Below, piece after piece: positions 40,062 through 54,422 of a DNA stretch of 64,000 bases. Each line of letters opens with the position of its first letter. The first letter of the stretch is position 1. This DNA is from Glaucostegus cemiculus. Its lineage: Eukaryota. The notes under the pieces are model-generated. The model was not told where the DNA came from. It searched no databases and was given only the letters and a program-made list of their open reading frames with translations. Location of the stretch: NCBI GenBank assembly GCA_976551045.1, contig CDPCPM010000106.1, positions 21,886,001 through 21,950,000 on the forward strand. Reading direction: 5' to 3'. The position numbers and the translations under genes were made by a program.

Positions 40062-40270
40062 ACATTTGTGTGGATTCAAATCTCAGTCCAGAAACTGAGC
40101 ACAAAAATCTAGACTGCTATTCCAGTACAATATTGAGAGAGTGCTGCACTGTTGAATGTACTGTCTTTTAAATGAGATACTAAACCAACCCCGTCTAACC
40201 AGGTGGACATAATCAGGCACTTATATAGCACCAAGAACAACAAAATCCTGGCTTATCCTCACTGTCCTGG
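40062..40270 (+). mobile_element. Deu-domain SINE (AmnSINE1/SacSINE1-like) remnant
   Basis: GCACAAAAATCTAG...CCAGTACAATATTGAGAGAGTGCTGCACTGTTG...ATGAGATACTAAACC. An inverted, decayed relative lies at ~46380-46680. Confidence 0.55.
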
Positions 40271-43259
40271 TAAACTTGTATTTCAATGAAAAAGTTAAAT
40301 AGATCTGCATAAAAACTCTTAGGAATGGTAATCATGAGATACCAGAATTTGTGAAAACCTATTTGATTCACTAATATCATTCAAGGAAAGGAGATCTGCC
40401 TCCTTACCTACACGTGACACCAGACCGACCAACAGACAGATTGCCTCAGCTTGGAGTAATAAATGGTGGATAATAAAAGCTGGCCTTGACAGTAACATCC
40501 ATATCCCATAAAATTAAAACTCTCTTTTAAGTAACGAAAGTAGACCCACTTTCCTAACATTTTCTTTCCTGACTGGCTGCCTGATTCTGACTGGATCTAG
40601 ATTTTGAATACCAGATTTTCTTTCAGGCACAGCAGGCAAATTTGCATGTCTGCCTAATATTTTACTTTGTCCTTTCCTCTATGTTCCCAACCAGAGTGCA
40701 GTTCCTCTAATATATCTATTCCATAAATTACTAATAAATATATTAAAAGAATTGGTTTCTTTTGGGCTCCAGGTTTAAAATATTATCCTACTCTCAAAAT
40801 TATTGTAAAAAATCTACTCTATAGGCTACTTCCCCTTTTCAGCAAAGCTGCTTTCTTGAACAATTTCCAGCATCTTTGCACAAATCTGTTCTTTATCAAA
40901 ATGACTGACAGTTGCTCACTCATAACAATACACAGCACAGAATATGGACAACCTTGTTAGCCAGATCACAAGGTTCAAAAAGCAAAGTTCGAAATGTATC
41001 CCTTCACCTGCAGCCTGTCTAGTTCAGTTGAACAGGCAAGAATCATGGTCTTTCACCATTAAGACCATGGGAGCAGGGCGGCTGCCCAGCAACAGACAGG
41101 TGGAAATCTGATGTTCCGGGTAACATGGCAGAATGAATGTAGCCCTAGCTGATGCCACAACCTGCAGTCTGAAAAGACCATCAAAAACACCACTGTATAT
41201 GTTGCCTACCAATCCCATCTTTATGGTTCATTCAAAGATTTCCAAGAAAATTCATCTTGCACACTGAATTTTACAATAATATGGTGGAGATATATTATCT
41301 ATTATAGGGCAGTGAACCACAATAATCTACAAACTGGATCAGCTAAGCATAATTAGAATTTCCAAAGCCACAGAGATTAATATGTTCAGATGGAGGAGGG
41401 GTATTTAGTAGCAAAAGTATTAAAGCAATAACAGCAACATTAAGAGACATTTAGACAAGCACATGAACATGCAGGAATTGAAGGATAAAGATCATATGGA
41501 GGCAGATATGCAGTTTAAATTGGCATGGTGGTCAACACAGACAACATGGCCCAGAGGGCCTGTTCTTGTGCTGTACTATTCTGTGTTCTAGGTTCATTGA
41601 AATTTTTGTTTATTTCAGTACTACTCAATTGAAAATAAACTTTTCACAAAGCGAATAACAATTCTGGGTTATCTCGCTATACTCCAAAAGTTCAACTGGG
41701 CACTTCCTGCTGTGGGCCATATGATGTGGGTCTTATGCGATTGACAAGATGTCCGTATCAAACATGCATCAAAGTGACTTGATTCTCCAAGCAGCAGCTT
41801 TGGAGAGGAAAATAGCTCATGTTGTTCTGAGTGTATCTGTCATTAGGCACTCTGATTTTAATGATGCTGCACCATGCTGACACCCCATCATAAAAGACCC
41901 ATTACTTACCACTATCTTATGGACATTTCCACTGACGGTACCATTCAGTGCACAACAAATCCCACATTCAACTGCACCCCCTCCCCTTCCACCCCACAAA
42001 AATCAGCTGAGGCCTAAATACTCTGATCACCTATGCTCCTGGATCTCTCCAAGTGTCTCCAAATGACATTGATCTTCAATCTACATTATTCCTCTTTCCT
42101 CTCCCAATCCATCGCAATCAGTTCTCGAACAGCAAAACCATCCCACCAGGGCCTAACCTGGTCCTCCATCCCAGGCACAGTACATTTGGAGTACATGAAG
42201 GAAAATGTGTAACAGCTATTCACTGATCCCCTAAACCTTGGGCCTTGAGTGCTACTGAAACCTACCTGCGGCAGGCCAGAAATGATTCTTGGTGTACCAG
42301 ACAATTGACCACATAGCATTTTCAACATACTACTATCTCTAGGCCTATTTTTAAAAAATGTTAGAAACAAACAGAATTGAAAACAATGACTGTACAGCAA
42401 AGACTGCTAAGCAATCAAAATAAATTGATGGCAACATCTGTAGACAAACCCAAACAGTTTGCTCAAAAGTTAACATTATCGAGTTAAACTTTCTCAAACG
42501 TAGATTTTTTTTTAAAAATGAGTCTGTGGTGAAAGCAGATTTTTTTTGTTAAATAGTATGCCCATCATGGTTTCCTTGGTCAATAAACTGCTACCTGTAG
42601 AAGCATGCAGTACCAGACATGGTGACAGGGTAAAATGTAGATCATTTGAGAAACTATGGCCACATTACAATGAGATTCAGTGTTGACTGGAAAAAACAAA
42701 CTACAACAGGATGAGACATTTTGTCAAAATAAATGGAAGGCAAAATTGAACAGAACTGTAAAACAGAAACAAGAAATGCAGAGTCTAGTAAAGGTAAAAT
42801 AGCAGTGTGAAGAAATCCATGATTCATGAGTATATCAGGTGGAGCTCAAATCTTAAACTACAGTTCTCTAAAGGACAGCTTTTGTTTCAACCACTTCTTG
42901 GAATTTTTTGGATATGTAACAGAATAGTGAAGAAAAATTCAGAGGACGTGATATAAAATGGACTTTAGAAAAAGAATTCAATAAAATGCAAAGGAAATAC
43001 AGCAAGGATATTAGGAAGGAACATGATGATAGATTCTAATAATTTTCTGGCAATCAAATGACAGGTCTTCAGTTACTTTTTTTTTCCTTCTTAAAAAAAT
43101 GAGAGACATTGGCAATTTCCCAATTTAGGCACAATTCCTGAATCTACAGCACTTTGGAAAATTATGACTAATGCATATACAATTTCCTAACCATTTTTTT
43201 TTAATGCACAGGAACAGAAAACATCTTAAGATCTGTGCACCTTGTATTTTTCCCCCATA

Positions 43260-43572
43260 TAGCCATCCCTAAGTAATGAATGGGTTCCGTTTTACAGGCA
43301 TAAGTTGATTTTCTCTGCAAGTCGGAAAATGCACAAAAGTCGCTCTATATGGTAACCCATACCACCACAATATTGTAATGAATGGCATCAAAAAAATCAC
43401 ACAAAACTGGTAAGAAAGAACAATTACTAAAAATGGAGAGGGGGGAAACTAGTTCTGCCATTCGTAGGAATGAACACATGTACGTACATCAGACTTTTGA
43501 ATTTAATAATATTATGGGAGCTCATATGTAGGGGTGTCCATAAATCAGTGTTCTTAGCCCAGGGACAGCCTG
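43260..43572. mobile_element. Tc1/mariner (Tigger-like) MITE remnant
   Basis: TA-flanked; right end GGGACAGCCTG|TA, degenerate left end TA|TAGCCATCCCT. Confidence 0.45.
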
Positions 43573-46500
43573 TAATTTATTTTTGAATTTTTTTATACAC
43601 TGTCCTCTTCCTCAACTGCAAAAAATAGATACAAATTTCAGGTTTTAATAAATCTGACAATGTATTATTCTTTACAGACTCACTGGCATCCATCTGGAAT
43701 GCAGCAACATTCCTCTCCACCACTGTCTTTCTCTCATTATAATGACAAGAGATCTTTGCTGTTTACTAACTTTTTTTATAAAGATATTAATTCCCTTTAT
43801 TACTCTCAACATTCTTGATATTGGTTTATTTTTATATTTCCCTAAATCCATTGGATCCCCTAGTTTGCAAGTGTTTTCTCTTTGCTTGATACAGCCTCTC
43901 TTATTTTTCCTTCAATGGTTGTTTTTAACAAAAGTGAAGTCTTTGACTTTTAGCAAAATGTACTGGTTTTGCATTATACCAAGGATCTCCTTGAATACTT
44001 CCAACTGTCTGTAAGATTACCCATTGGCATTTCAACCCGGTTTACAGTGATTAATTCATTCCTCAGCCATTCAAAGACGGTGTCTCTCAAATTTAAACTC
44101 CTGGTTTAAGTTTCTCCTCTCTCTCACTCAAACCTGGTCTTATATTCAATATCACATTATGGCCACTATTTGGAAAATATTTCCTTACTAAGAGTTTGCA
44201 TGCAAATTCTGAAATCCATTATCCAAGACAGAGTGGTTATGCACTTGTATAAGCAACATAAAACTAAATAAAGCCAGTATCGATTTGTGAAGAATAGGTC
44301 ATTTTGATAAATCTAGCTGATTTTTTTTGTAGATGCCTTTAACATGGTGGATGGGGACCAAATTCCAGAAGGAATTCAACAACTTTCTGCATGAAATGTT
44401 ATTAGCAAAATTGAGTGTGCAAGAAATTGCGGGGTAACCTCGGGACATGGGTCAGTAACTTATTGGAAGATAGTCAATAAGAGAGTGCTACATTTTTGGT
44501 GCAAAACCTACTGTGAAAAATGATTGTCGCTTCCATGCATATATTATGTGTAAGATTAAAGTGAACTGCTGGGCTCCATGTGCATGACATACCAAGGCAA
44601 TGGGATTGCTAGGAGTAACTCTAATCAATATGTAATAGATGTTCGAAGTGGAATACATGTGCTGAAACTAAGCTACCAAAGGACCAAAGGTTAACAATAG
44701 AATGGCCTGCCTGAGCACAAGTCCTTATCTGAACTGCTGTTGGGGAGTCCACCACTGAGGCTGCTCAGAAATAAACAATTTAATTCCTTAAATTCTGATA
44801 AAGTTAAATGTATAAATGTAGCTTGTATGGCTCAATATATAAGATTGAGGGACAGTCATTTCATTAAATGAAAAATGGATTTAATAGGGTTTATATAATT
44901 TCCTTTAGTGGGATAGCCAGGAAAGGAGAGATAGTCTTAAAACTAGAGATGAACTATTTAGGAGTGAAATCAGAAAATACTTTTTATATAAATGTTAAAT
45001 GAACTCTAAAACACTCTGCTCAAAAGACTGAAAATTGGGTGAAGTGAAATTGAAGATTGCTATCAATAGATTTTTGTTGGATTTAGATATCAAGAAATAT
45101 TAAATAAAGGTGGGTTAATGGAACTAGGTACTGATCAGCCATGACCTTAAAGAACAGTGGGACAGTGTTGAGTGTCAAATAACCCACTTAGGTGTTCCTA
45201 ATGCAGCCATAAATGGTGAGTTGGCTAGAAGTTAGAAAACATTTGATGCAAAATGTTTCTCAGAACAGAAATGTTTCAGAGGTGTTGAGAGAATTTCAAA
45301 CAATGGACCAAAAACACAACTAATCCTCATAAAAATGAAGGTCAAATTTGCAAATTGTGACAAGAGCTATTGATAATCTCCTGAGGGATCAAGAGAAGTG
45401 ACGACATGGTCAGCATTAATTCAATGCATCTAATCCATTTAAAATTTTGCTACTTAAGGTATAGTTATTTCTTCTGGAGGAACCTTATGCAAATGCACAG
45501 ATTAATAGCAGTTTAGATGTGGGTGTATATATGATACAAGTAACTGAAGAGAATCCTTGATTTTATATCTAAATTCACATATTACAAAAGGATTCAATAT
45601 CAAACATTCAAGTTGGGAATAACGTGTTCAGTTTTGCGCATCTCATTTTATGACCCATAAAAAGTAATGAAAAAGGCATAACAATTATTCACAAGTTACT
45701 AAGGATAAGCAATTATACTTACATACAGAGATTTAAGAACATTACTTTCAGGGGTGTTATGATTAAAAGGCTGTCATATTTATAAAATATTATGGAAAAG
45801 TAAATGGTAATGATTGTTTCTATTAACTGACATATTTCTAATGTCATAATACAAATTTAAAATAAGTCATAACTAAAGAGAAAAATTAGAAAATTTTGCT
45901 TTAACCAATAGAGTTAAAATTTGCTCTCTGCCAGATTTTGTTATAGCAAGCCTCAAGTTAAAATTTTAAAATCAAATTGGTTTCTTTAAAAAAAATCATT
46001 GTCACCCATGGGGAACAATCACAAGAGTGGGATTTGACTAGCTAATGAAAAATATCACCAATGAAGCAAAAGTATTGGTTCAATGATCCTTTACTGTGAC
46101 GCAACTTTCTAAAGGCTCAAAGATTGCCATGAAGTAGTGGAAGTCAGCCAGCGCTACTGGGATCCTACTCAGAATTAATCAGATCAGAGAAGGGAAAACA
46201 CATTAAAAAGTGGAAGACAATGAAGACTGAACATCTGAATGATTGACAGATATTGCCTTGTGAAATATTTGCTCACATTATTTAAGATAGTAAGTCACCA
46301 GCATTTTTCATATATAAAAGACCTCTAATTCACAGTATTAATACTCTATAAAGTATCTTTCATAACTTTAAGATGTCTCAAAGATCTTTATAGCCAATTA
46401 AAGATGTCCAAACAGTATTGATTATTGTATTATAGAAAATATGCTCACCACTTTACATATAGCAAGGTCCAAAAGGAGCAAAGCACTAACAATTGGATCA

Positions 46501-46817
46501 CATTTTAAGTATTGCTTCGGTATCAAAGTACTGCCATAGAATCTTTTAAATCTCCCCATGAGGGCAAACTAAACCTTGATCTAACTTCTCATCCTAGTCA
46601 CCATCTCCAACAGATCAGCATTCCCTCATTACTGCAGTAGGGCAGCCACCTGGATTTTGTGCCCAAATCCATGGAGTGGCTCTTGATGACTAAATTATAA
46701 TTTTCATTGTTAAAACTGGTCAGGAAAACAACTGTAGCAATGAGGAGGTTTTAAATCATGTCGAACAATTGTTGGGGAGGGGGAAGAAGTTGGTCCAATC
46801 ATGAGATCTTTACTCAC

Positions 46818-46996
46818 ACTTAAAGCATGACTTCGAAGATGCTCAAGTCTGGTGAATCTCTTTCCACAGGTCTCGCAAGGATATGGGCGCTCTCCTGTGT
46901 GGGAACGCATGTGTCGTTTCAAGATTCCTTTCTGCTTTGCTGTGTAGGTGCAAAATGGACACTTGTAGATCTTTTTTGGCACAATTATTCCATTCC
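46818..46996 (-). CDS. ZBTB8B: ZBTB8B second coding exon (179 nt), two C2H2 zinc fingers
   Basis: ctctag|GG AAT GGA..., encodes [50 protein letters not shown]. Donor AGT|GTGAGT. Confidence 0.95.
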
Positions 46997-48199
46997 CTAG
47001 AGATATAAATCATCACATGTTATCACATAAAACAATTCAAAGGAACTTATGGTCAGAAATGCAAATTAATAATTGAAACATGATATTGTATATAAAGCAT
47101 AAGAATAAATCAACCTACTTCTTTCCTAGGATCCATAGATCAAAGGAATCTAATATATCAAAGAGATACAACTGAGAGCTGATATTCCAGTGTCTGTTTA
47201 GCAATGGCAACCAAGAATGGTTTCTATCCCACTACCCTCACCTTGAATGTAACAGACAATAATCCAATGCAAGCAATCTTCTGTCAACCTGCACAATTCC
47301 ATTTAAATATCTGCCGTTTAAAATACTGAATTGTGATCTCAGATATTTAACCTGGTAAATCCCTAATCTGGTAAATCCCTAATCCAGCAATTCCAAAACT
47401 AAAGCCAATAAGAAGAGGTTTTAGTTTTCAGGCAATTTTGAAGGATGGATCTATCAAAGGCTTTCCAAAAAAAACCAAAAAGGCAATGCAAACAATCTCT
47501 TAAATGAAGAAAATACAAAAAAAAAATTTTAAAACAAAACATGGAAGAAAGCAAGAAAATACTGATCTAAATATTAATTATTCATTGTTTGTACAGACAG
47601 TGAGGGAAGGAGCTTAGCTAAATCTAGTTGTGAACAACAAAACAGGGTTAAATACATGAGCAAAACAGCAGCAGTGATACCAATTGAGTTTAAGGTCCAT
47701 GTAGAAAGCGAAAAAATATTAATATAAAGCAAACAAACTAAAAAACCAAGTCTCATGTGCCCTTGAACTGGTTTATATCTTGAAACAGCTCTCTCAGCCT
47801 TTCCCCAAAGATTTCAATTATTTGCATAGATAATTCAGGTTTTCTGTTCCAGAATTCCCTTTAAATTGTATCGTTTAATAGATGTCATTCTTTCCTTGAT
47901 ATTGCATCATATCACGCTTTGAATCATAGAATGTTGTAACACAGAAGTTATTGAGCTCATTGTGCCTTTGCAATATTCTGCATTAAATTTCCTCAATTTT
48001 TTGTCCAACAGTCAGCCATTATCCACCTCACTTTTAACTGTATTTCCAAACTTACATCATCCGCAGACTTCAAAATTATGGCCAATGCATCCCAGTCTGG
48101 GTTACTGAATCATATAAAACTTAGGGGAAATGATCTTAATTCCAGAAGAAGAGAATAGGGGGAAAAGGTCCTTGTCTAGAAATTGTATTTCCATTGATT

Positions 48200-48900
48200 G
48201 TGGCTGCATGTAAGAGAGTTGGATAATGGCCAATGTGATATCCACTTTCGGAAAGGAATATGGTGTAATTACAGCCCATGCATTTTAATATCTGCAGCAG
48301 GGAACACCTTGGAATCTTTCATTAAAGACAAACTTGCTTATTTGTGGAAAAATAATTAGAAGCAGCTAACAAATTCCTGAAAGCAAAATTATTGCTTGAC
48401 AATCCTGAGGTGGTCCTTCAAGGGAATGATATGGATAGGTGGGAAACACAGCAAATGTGGTATAAGCAAAACTTTCAAGAAGTCTTTCACAAGGCCCCAA
48501 GCAGAATACTGCTGAAGTAGATTAAAGGATTATGGAATTAAGGGAAATGTAGCAAAGTGGATTAAAAACTGATTTGAAGAGAGGATACAGAAAGTTGAAT
48601 TTAAGGACAACTTCCCCCTAGTGGACAGAAATGATTAACCACGTCTCACAGGGTTGTGCTTTGGGCCACTTCTGTTCATTGCATACTTCAAAGATTTAGA
48701 TACAGACCTACATGAAACTATGGTCAAACTTGCACATCATATTAAGATAGAAGACAATCTAAACAATGCTGAAGAGCAAAGGAAGTTGTAAGGGAATATT
48801 GCCAAGATGGTTGAGCTGTCAAATAAATGGCAGATCTAGTCAATAATAATTGAGGTGGTATACTTTGTTAAGAATAAGTACACTCTTAATGAGAGAAAGC
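48200..48900 (+). mobile_element. Old CR1 RT remnant
   Basis: Decayed W..ANV.P.F.KG and VSQG.VLGPLLF-like motifs. Confidence 0.55.
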
Positions 48901-51900
48901 TGATTACAGGGAAGGGCAGAAAGTTTTAGGAAAGCATATCCAAAAAATATTAAAATACAACATGGAGATTTTCCTCCTTGGATTAGTGGCAAATTGGAAA
49001 CTTATCCATGTTGCAATTCACTTCAGAAATACCAGAGACAATATATAATGCCCAGATGCTTCTATACCCGTTTAATGCTACCGACCTAGGCCTATATCTC
49101 CAGTAAATAATGCCATTAAGAAAAGAAATAGAATATTGTGTGTTATGGCAAAAGGTGAGAATACATAAAACATTAGGCAGCTGAAATACTGTACTCTTTC
49201 CATACCATACTGTACAAACAACATTACAGAATGACTGTGTTCTAGCATGCAGCCTGATACAAACGAAGATTAAAATAAAAATCAGTGGTGAGCACACAAA
49301 ACTGAAGTCTGTGGAACAGTTCAGGCAAATGGCATAATGGGAAGATAGACAAGTACACATGGGAGAAAAAAAATTGATATGGTTAGATAAAGAGGGTGGA
49401 GCGGGAAGGCTCATATGGAGCAGAAACCCTGGCATAGGCCTGTTGGTCCATAAGGACAGCCCATGTAGTGCAAAACTGCAAGGAATTAGTATTGTTATCA
49501 TTAGATCAGAGAAGGTTATAAAGTGATTTGATAAAATAGTTTAATATTATGAAGGGTGGATACTCTAGACCATTCCCTAAAGATATTCACCTAAAAATTC
49601 AGCCTTGGATCAGCAGCACTAACATGTGATAAGTAACACCGTGCTTTTGCTTCCAGAATTTGAAGTGGAATATAGCACACAATTTAGTATATTGCACATT
49701 CAATACCACTGATCAAGGAGATACTGCCCCTGCTTTTTAAATGTTTCTAAATGTGAATCTCCAAAGCTCTCTGCTAATCCCCATAACCCAGACTATAGTC
49801 AGAGTACACCCTATCTTTAAACAGTGATTTCTAGTGAGATCTAGACAGAGAAGATTTGGTATGAGATTAAACAAAAGATTTAGGGCAAAGAGCAGAAAAA
49901 AAATTAAAAACACAGACAGCTCTGAAATTCATTACCAGGGTTAGTATTGAAGCTTTTAATAATTGTTTATAAAGTTGCTGAAGGTAGGAGATATGGACAC
50001 CAGATGGAAGAATGGGATTAAAACTACTGCTCATGCGGACGGTAAAATCCATATGCTTCTGATTGGTCCAAATCACCCATGTCTGTGTTAATGTAAAGAT
50101 TAGAAGGTTTCTTTGAAGCTTTTATTAGCACTTTGATTGCAAGGTGTAGTACCAGCTCTCTAGACATATGGCTACTACATTAGCCATGAAACAGAAATAC
50201 ATTGTCAATTCATTCTGAGATCAACTATCTGACCTAATCTAGTTCTCTCAGCAAGATACAAACTGAAATTACTAAAGTAGCGCTCAGGCGAGATTACGAG
50301 ATCATTGAATATATCTCTGACAGTTTACTTCTCATCGATTCCTTGCCATTGACACTGCCTTTTATAACCAACTGATGTTTAAAATGATATTAATGACAGC
50401 ACACTTAAACAGTTTAAAAAGGTTCCAACCAATTTACAGTCAAGGGCTGGTTAACTTGGTACATTGCTAGCTGCATAACGGCATTAGTGAGAAACCTTTT
50501 CAAAGTCTTGGGTATCATTCCCAAGGGAAAACCATCCTGTTGTATTGTCCAGTGGTCACCAGTTAGGTATGAATCTCAACGACCAACTATTGACCAAAGG
50601 GCACCATACCTGAGAATCAGTGCTGTCCTCAATCAAAATTCATATAATTTTACAGCAGGAGTTATTGAATAATGAAGCAGAGCTGCAACCCTCTCAAACC
50701 CAGTGGCTCCAAATCCAATTGTTTCAATCTCACTGTCAGACAAGGAAATGTTCTATAGTCCTAAATGATTTATATGCACCTCATTAAATATATTTCTTTT
50801 TCTGTATCAAGTAGATCTTACATTTTAAATTCGTATAAATGACTGAATAAATTTGGGCTACTTGCCTCTTTCAGCAAAAAAAAAGTCCATGCTAACCACA
50901 TACATACAGTATGCTTAGCAGGGACTTATCAAATTCCACAACCTTAAGAAACCATTCAAGCAGCTACATTTACTGTTTATGCATTGCATTCACCAGTAGA
51001 TCCCAAGTCACAACTTACTCCATAAATATCTACCACTTCTGACTTTTTATCCTTCCTGGTTATTCCTGCTTCAACTGTGCAGTGATACCCTTGTAGTCTG
51101 ATCCAGCTCAAGAATTAGCTCCTTTACGCCACTGGAAAGCCACAGACAACCTACCACTGGTTTAGCATCATTAAAAATCAATCTGAATGATCACTAAAAG
51201 TGGAAGACTTTTCAAAACAAGGGTCATACAAGCAGAGGCAATCTAATTTGAACAGCTCTTCTGTCAAAACTTTTTTCTTTCAGTGGAAATGTTCATCATT
51301 CTGCAGAAATTTTTGACTTTATTACACTCGTGCATTTATTTTCATGCCTACCTTAGAAGATAAAAGAAAACATCAGGAAAGTGTCTGAAAAGATCTGAAA
51401 TGTTTCAAAATATCGCACTACTATGTGTGAGATTATAAATTACAGTAGCATTTCTTCACCATGAGGTTCAATTACACACAGGGCAAACTCAAACTGATCA
51501 CAGATCACGTCAATAAATGCAATTTTCATCTTCAGTTATAAATTCCTCCACTGCCTCACTCCCTTCTCTTGCTCCAATCAGCTCTGGTACTGTCACCTTC
51601 AATTATCCACACACTATTTTCTGGCCTCTTGAATATTCCTAAAATTAATTGCTTCACCAATAGCAGAAATGCCTTCAGGTGCCAAGACCCTGTGAACTGG
51701 TGTCTCCTGTCCAAAGATCTCTCTTCATCACTTATTTAAGATGCTCTTTATAACCACCCTTCTGGTCATCTGCCCTAATATATCCTTTTGTGATAGAGTG
51801 TCCAGAAGACGTTTTGTTAAGCTAAAGGCGCTATCTAAAAAATGAAAATTGTTGGTATTATAGTTCATAAGTGGTTACAAAAAAAAGGTTATGGCCAAGG

Positions 51901-52139
51901 AACTGTCTTTGGATCGTATTAATATTTGACATCAAGAGGGCAATGTCTCATACAAAAAAATTGGTTGGGGGATTGGAAGCTCAAGATTGCACCACCTATT
52001 GCTTCGGATAGGAAACAGATTTGGTGGTAGGAAACCAACTCTGATGGACTGAGTGATTTCCAACTGTGTTGAAACAAGTACAAGACAAGTCAGTATAACA
52101 AGTGCATGCTTTAATTGACAAAATATGACTGGTGATGTT

Positions 52140-52800
52140 CTCTTAGGTGTCTGGAAGGGGCTACAGCTTTTCATTACATTTGTAAATGACACGGCTAAAT
52201 GAACAGAAAATGGCAAGTCTGAGTTTATTGATGGCACCAGGTTAGTTGGAGAGTAAATAATGTAGAGGAAAGTACAAAGTTGCAAAGAATATTAAAGGTT
52301 AAGTGAGAGGGCAACATTGTGGCAGATGGGGTTCAACTTGTGAAAATAAAAGATCATATGAATCCGGCAAAGAAAGCTCAGAATATTCACCAAATACCAA
52401 GTAGTTAGAAATCATGGATGGTCAGAATTATAAGTCCAAGTTCAGAAGACCCTAAAGCATAGCACATTTTTTTATTTAAAAAAAGCTTAGAATGTTGACT
52501 TTTATCTCAAGAGGTTTGGAATACAGGGAACTGGAAGTTAGTTTACAGCTGAACTGAATTCCAATTGCATCCCATCTGGAGTACTGTGTTCAGTTTAGAG
52601 TTGTACATCTTTGGAATTCCCTTCCCCAGAGAGTTGTGGATGTTCATTAGGTGTATTCAAAACCAATTTTAATAGATTTTCAGATACTAAGAGAATCTGC
52701 GGATATAGGTGAAGTGGATAAGGCACAGCCTCAACCACGATTTTAATGAATGACAGGGTAAACTTGAGGGACAGCACAATCTATTCCTGCTTCTATTTTT
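52140..52800 (+). mobile_element. Decayed CR1 LINE fragment
   Basis: RT C-terminal remnants (CATCTGGAGTACTGTGTTCAGTTT) and a CR1-type 3' tail. Confidence 0.6.
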
Positions 52801-53359
52801 ATCTGGCAGAACAGAAACAAACTCTGTCCCCCTCATATACACTCATTTATTTGTCGATGAGAGGAAATGCACAGAATGAATTCAGCTCGTGGACTGGTGC
52901 CCAGACAACTTTACGCTGGGAAATATTATTTGGCCCAATGCACCAGACACTCTCACACAGTCACGACTATAATCTTGAAGATCTTGAGGAATTTAAAGTG
53001 TTAAATCAAACCTAATATGAGTGTGTGGGTTTTATAAAAAAAAGTGCCACATCGTGGCAATCTAAAACTAACATGGCTGATGTTTCCAAATTCACCAACA
53101 TTTTTTTCAGGACTGTAATAATTTTACTAAGGAGCATATGCTATTGAAGTAGTCAGTTACTCCCAGATTTCTTGTGGAGAACATACTTTCAATCTGAATC
53201 TTAGTATTTATGTCTAGTTTAATCATCCATTGAATCATCACAGGATCCAATGTTTTCTTATAAAAGCTCCTCCTATTTTATGATGCTGTTGTATAATTAT
53301 GATGTTGTATATTTTATGATGCTGTTGTATAATTATTTCTTAGTAAATAAAGATCTCAC

Positions 53360-54293
53360 CTGCATCTTCCCCATACCAATCACTCTGTACATCCATCATA
53401 TTCGAAAAGGTGCCCCCTCCATCCTCTGCACGCCCCCCACGTGAAAAGTGCTGCATGATGTCCTCTTTCCTCTGGACATTTCCCGTCCTCAATAAAACTT
53501 CCAGGAATTGTTTCATCTGATAATTTTCATAGGCTATTTCCATAGCTGGGGCAGACTGCAGTCTCTCCTCGGCCTGATCCGTGGCAGATGGTGTAAACTG
53601 TCGGAACCTGTCAACTGATTCTACTTCATCCTCGTCAAATTCAACTTTAGGTTCTGGAAGCTTAGGTAGCGAGGGAGGGTGCACTTTCTCTGGAGAAAGA
53701 TTCTCTTGATCCTTTTGAGCAAGATCTATGGGATGATAAGTACTGCATTCATTCCAGTTAAGTCCTTTATTATTCTCAGGGCTTGACTCCTTCTGTTGTT
53801 GAACTGATGGAACAGGGTTTGGACATTGATTCCTACAAAAAGATACCGCATCTCCAAAGGCATTTATGTTATTCCCATTCTCCACATGACTGCAGTCATC
53901 ATCCTTTTCATCTTTCACACAGATATCAAGAGAAGATCTAATGTACAACTTACAAAAGCTGACCACATCAGTCATCTGTAGATAACTAGCAGCTGACATA
54001 ACTTCAATAACATTCTTACTGCAGAGGTTCAACTTTCCAGAATAAAGGAAGTCCAGAATAATTGAAAAGGCCTCAGATGTGACAATGTCCAATGAAGCAG
54101 TGCTAGGACGTCCACTGTCATGGATATAGTGAATTAACAAGGCTCTGAAGTAGCCACTGTTAGCAAATAGAATATTCCGGTGAGCTTTGAAGATTCTTCC
54201 CTCCACAATTATACTGCAGTCACAGAAGAAGTCCTGCTTACGCTGCTCATTTAGTTCTCCCAGAAGTTTAGTGTAATACGATGTGATCTCCAT
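53360..54293 (-). CDS. ZBTB8B: Zinc finger and BTB domain protein 8B, first coding exon (BTB/POZ). CDS join(54293-53360,46996-46818,37873-37565) = 1422 nt, 473 aa
   Basis: [77 protein letters not shown]8B-type. Acceptor attttgcag|GCAA at 54332; donor GCAG|GTGAGA at 53360. Confidence 0.95.
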
Positions 54294-54422
54294 CTTTCAT
54301 GAGCAGGACTTTGTCAAAAGGTATTCCTTTGCCTGCAAAATAAACAAAAGGCAAGAACTTTCAAAAATGAACTGTGGATTCCACAATAAGGCAGCAAAAG
54401 AAAGCGTTTCCCACTTGGCCCT

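Noticed and set aside
53274-53337. 27-bp local duplication next to the ZBTB8B donor (also short duplications at ~47350 and ~8757)
   Set aside because: Ordinary slippage duplications; splice site unaffected.
24575-54293. ZBTB8A and ZBTB8B CDS both total exactly 1422 nt
   Set aside because: First and last exon lengths differ (916/327 vs 934/309) and the linkers are unalignable, so this is most likely coincidence. Only the shared 179-nt exon reflects paralogy.
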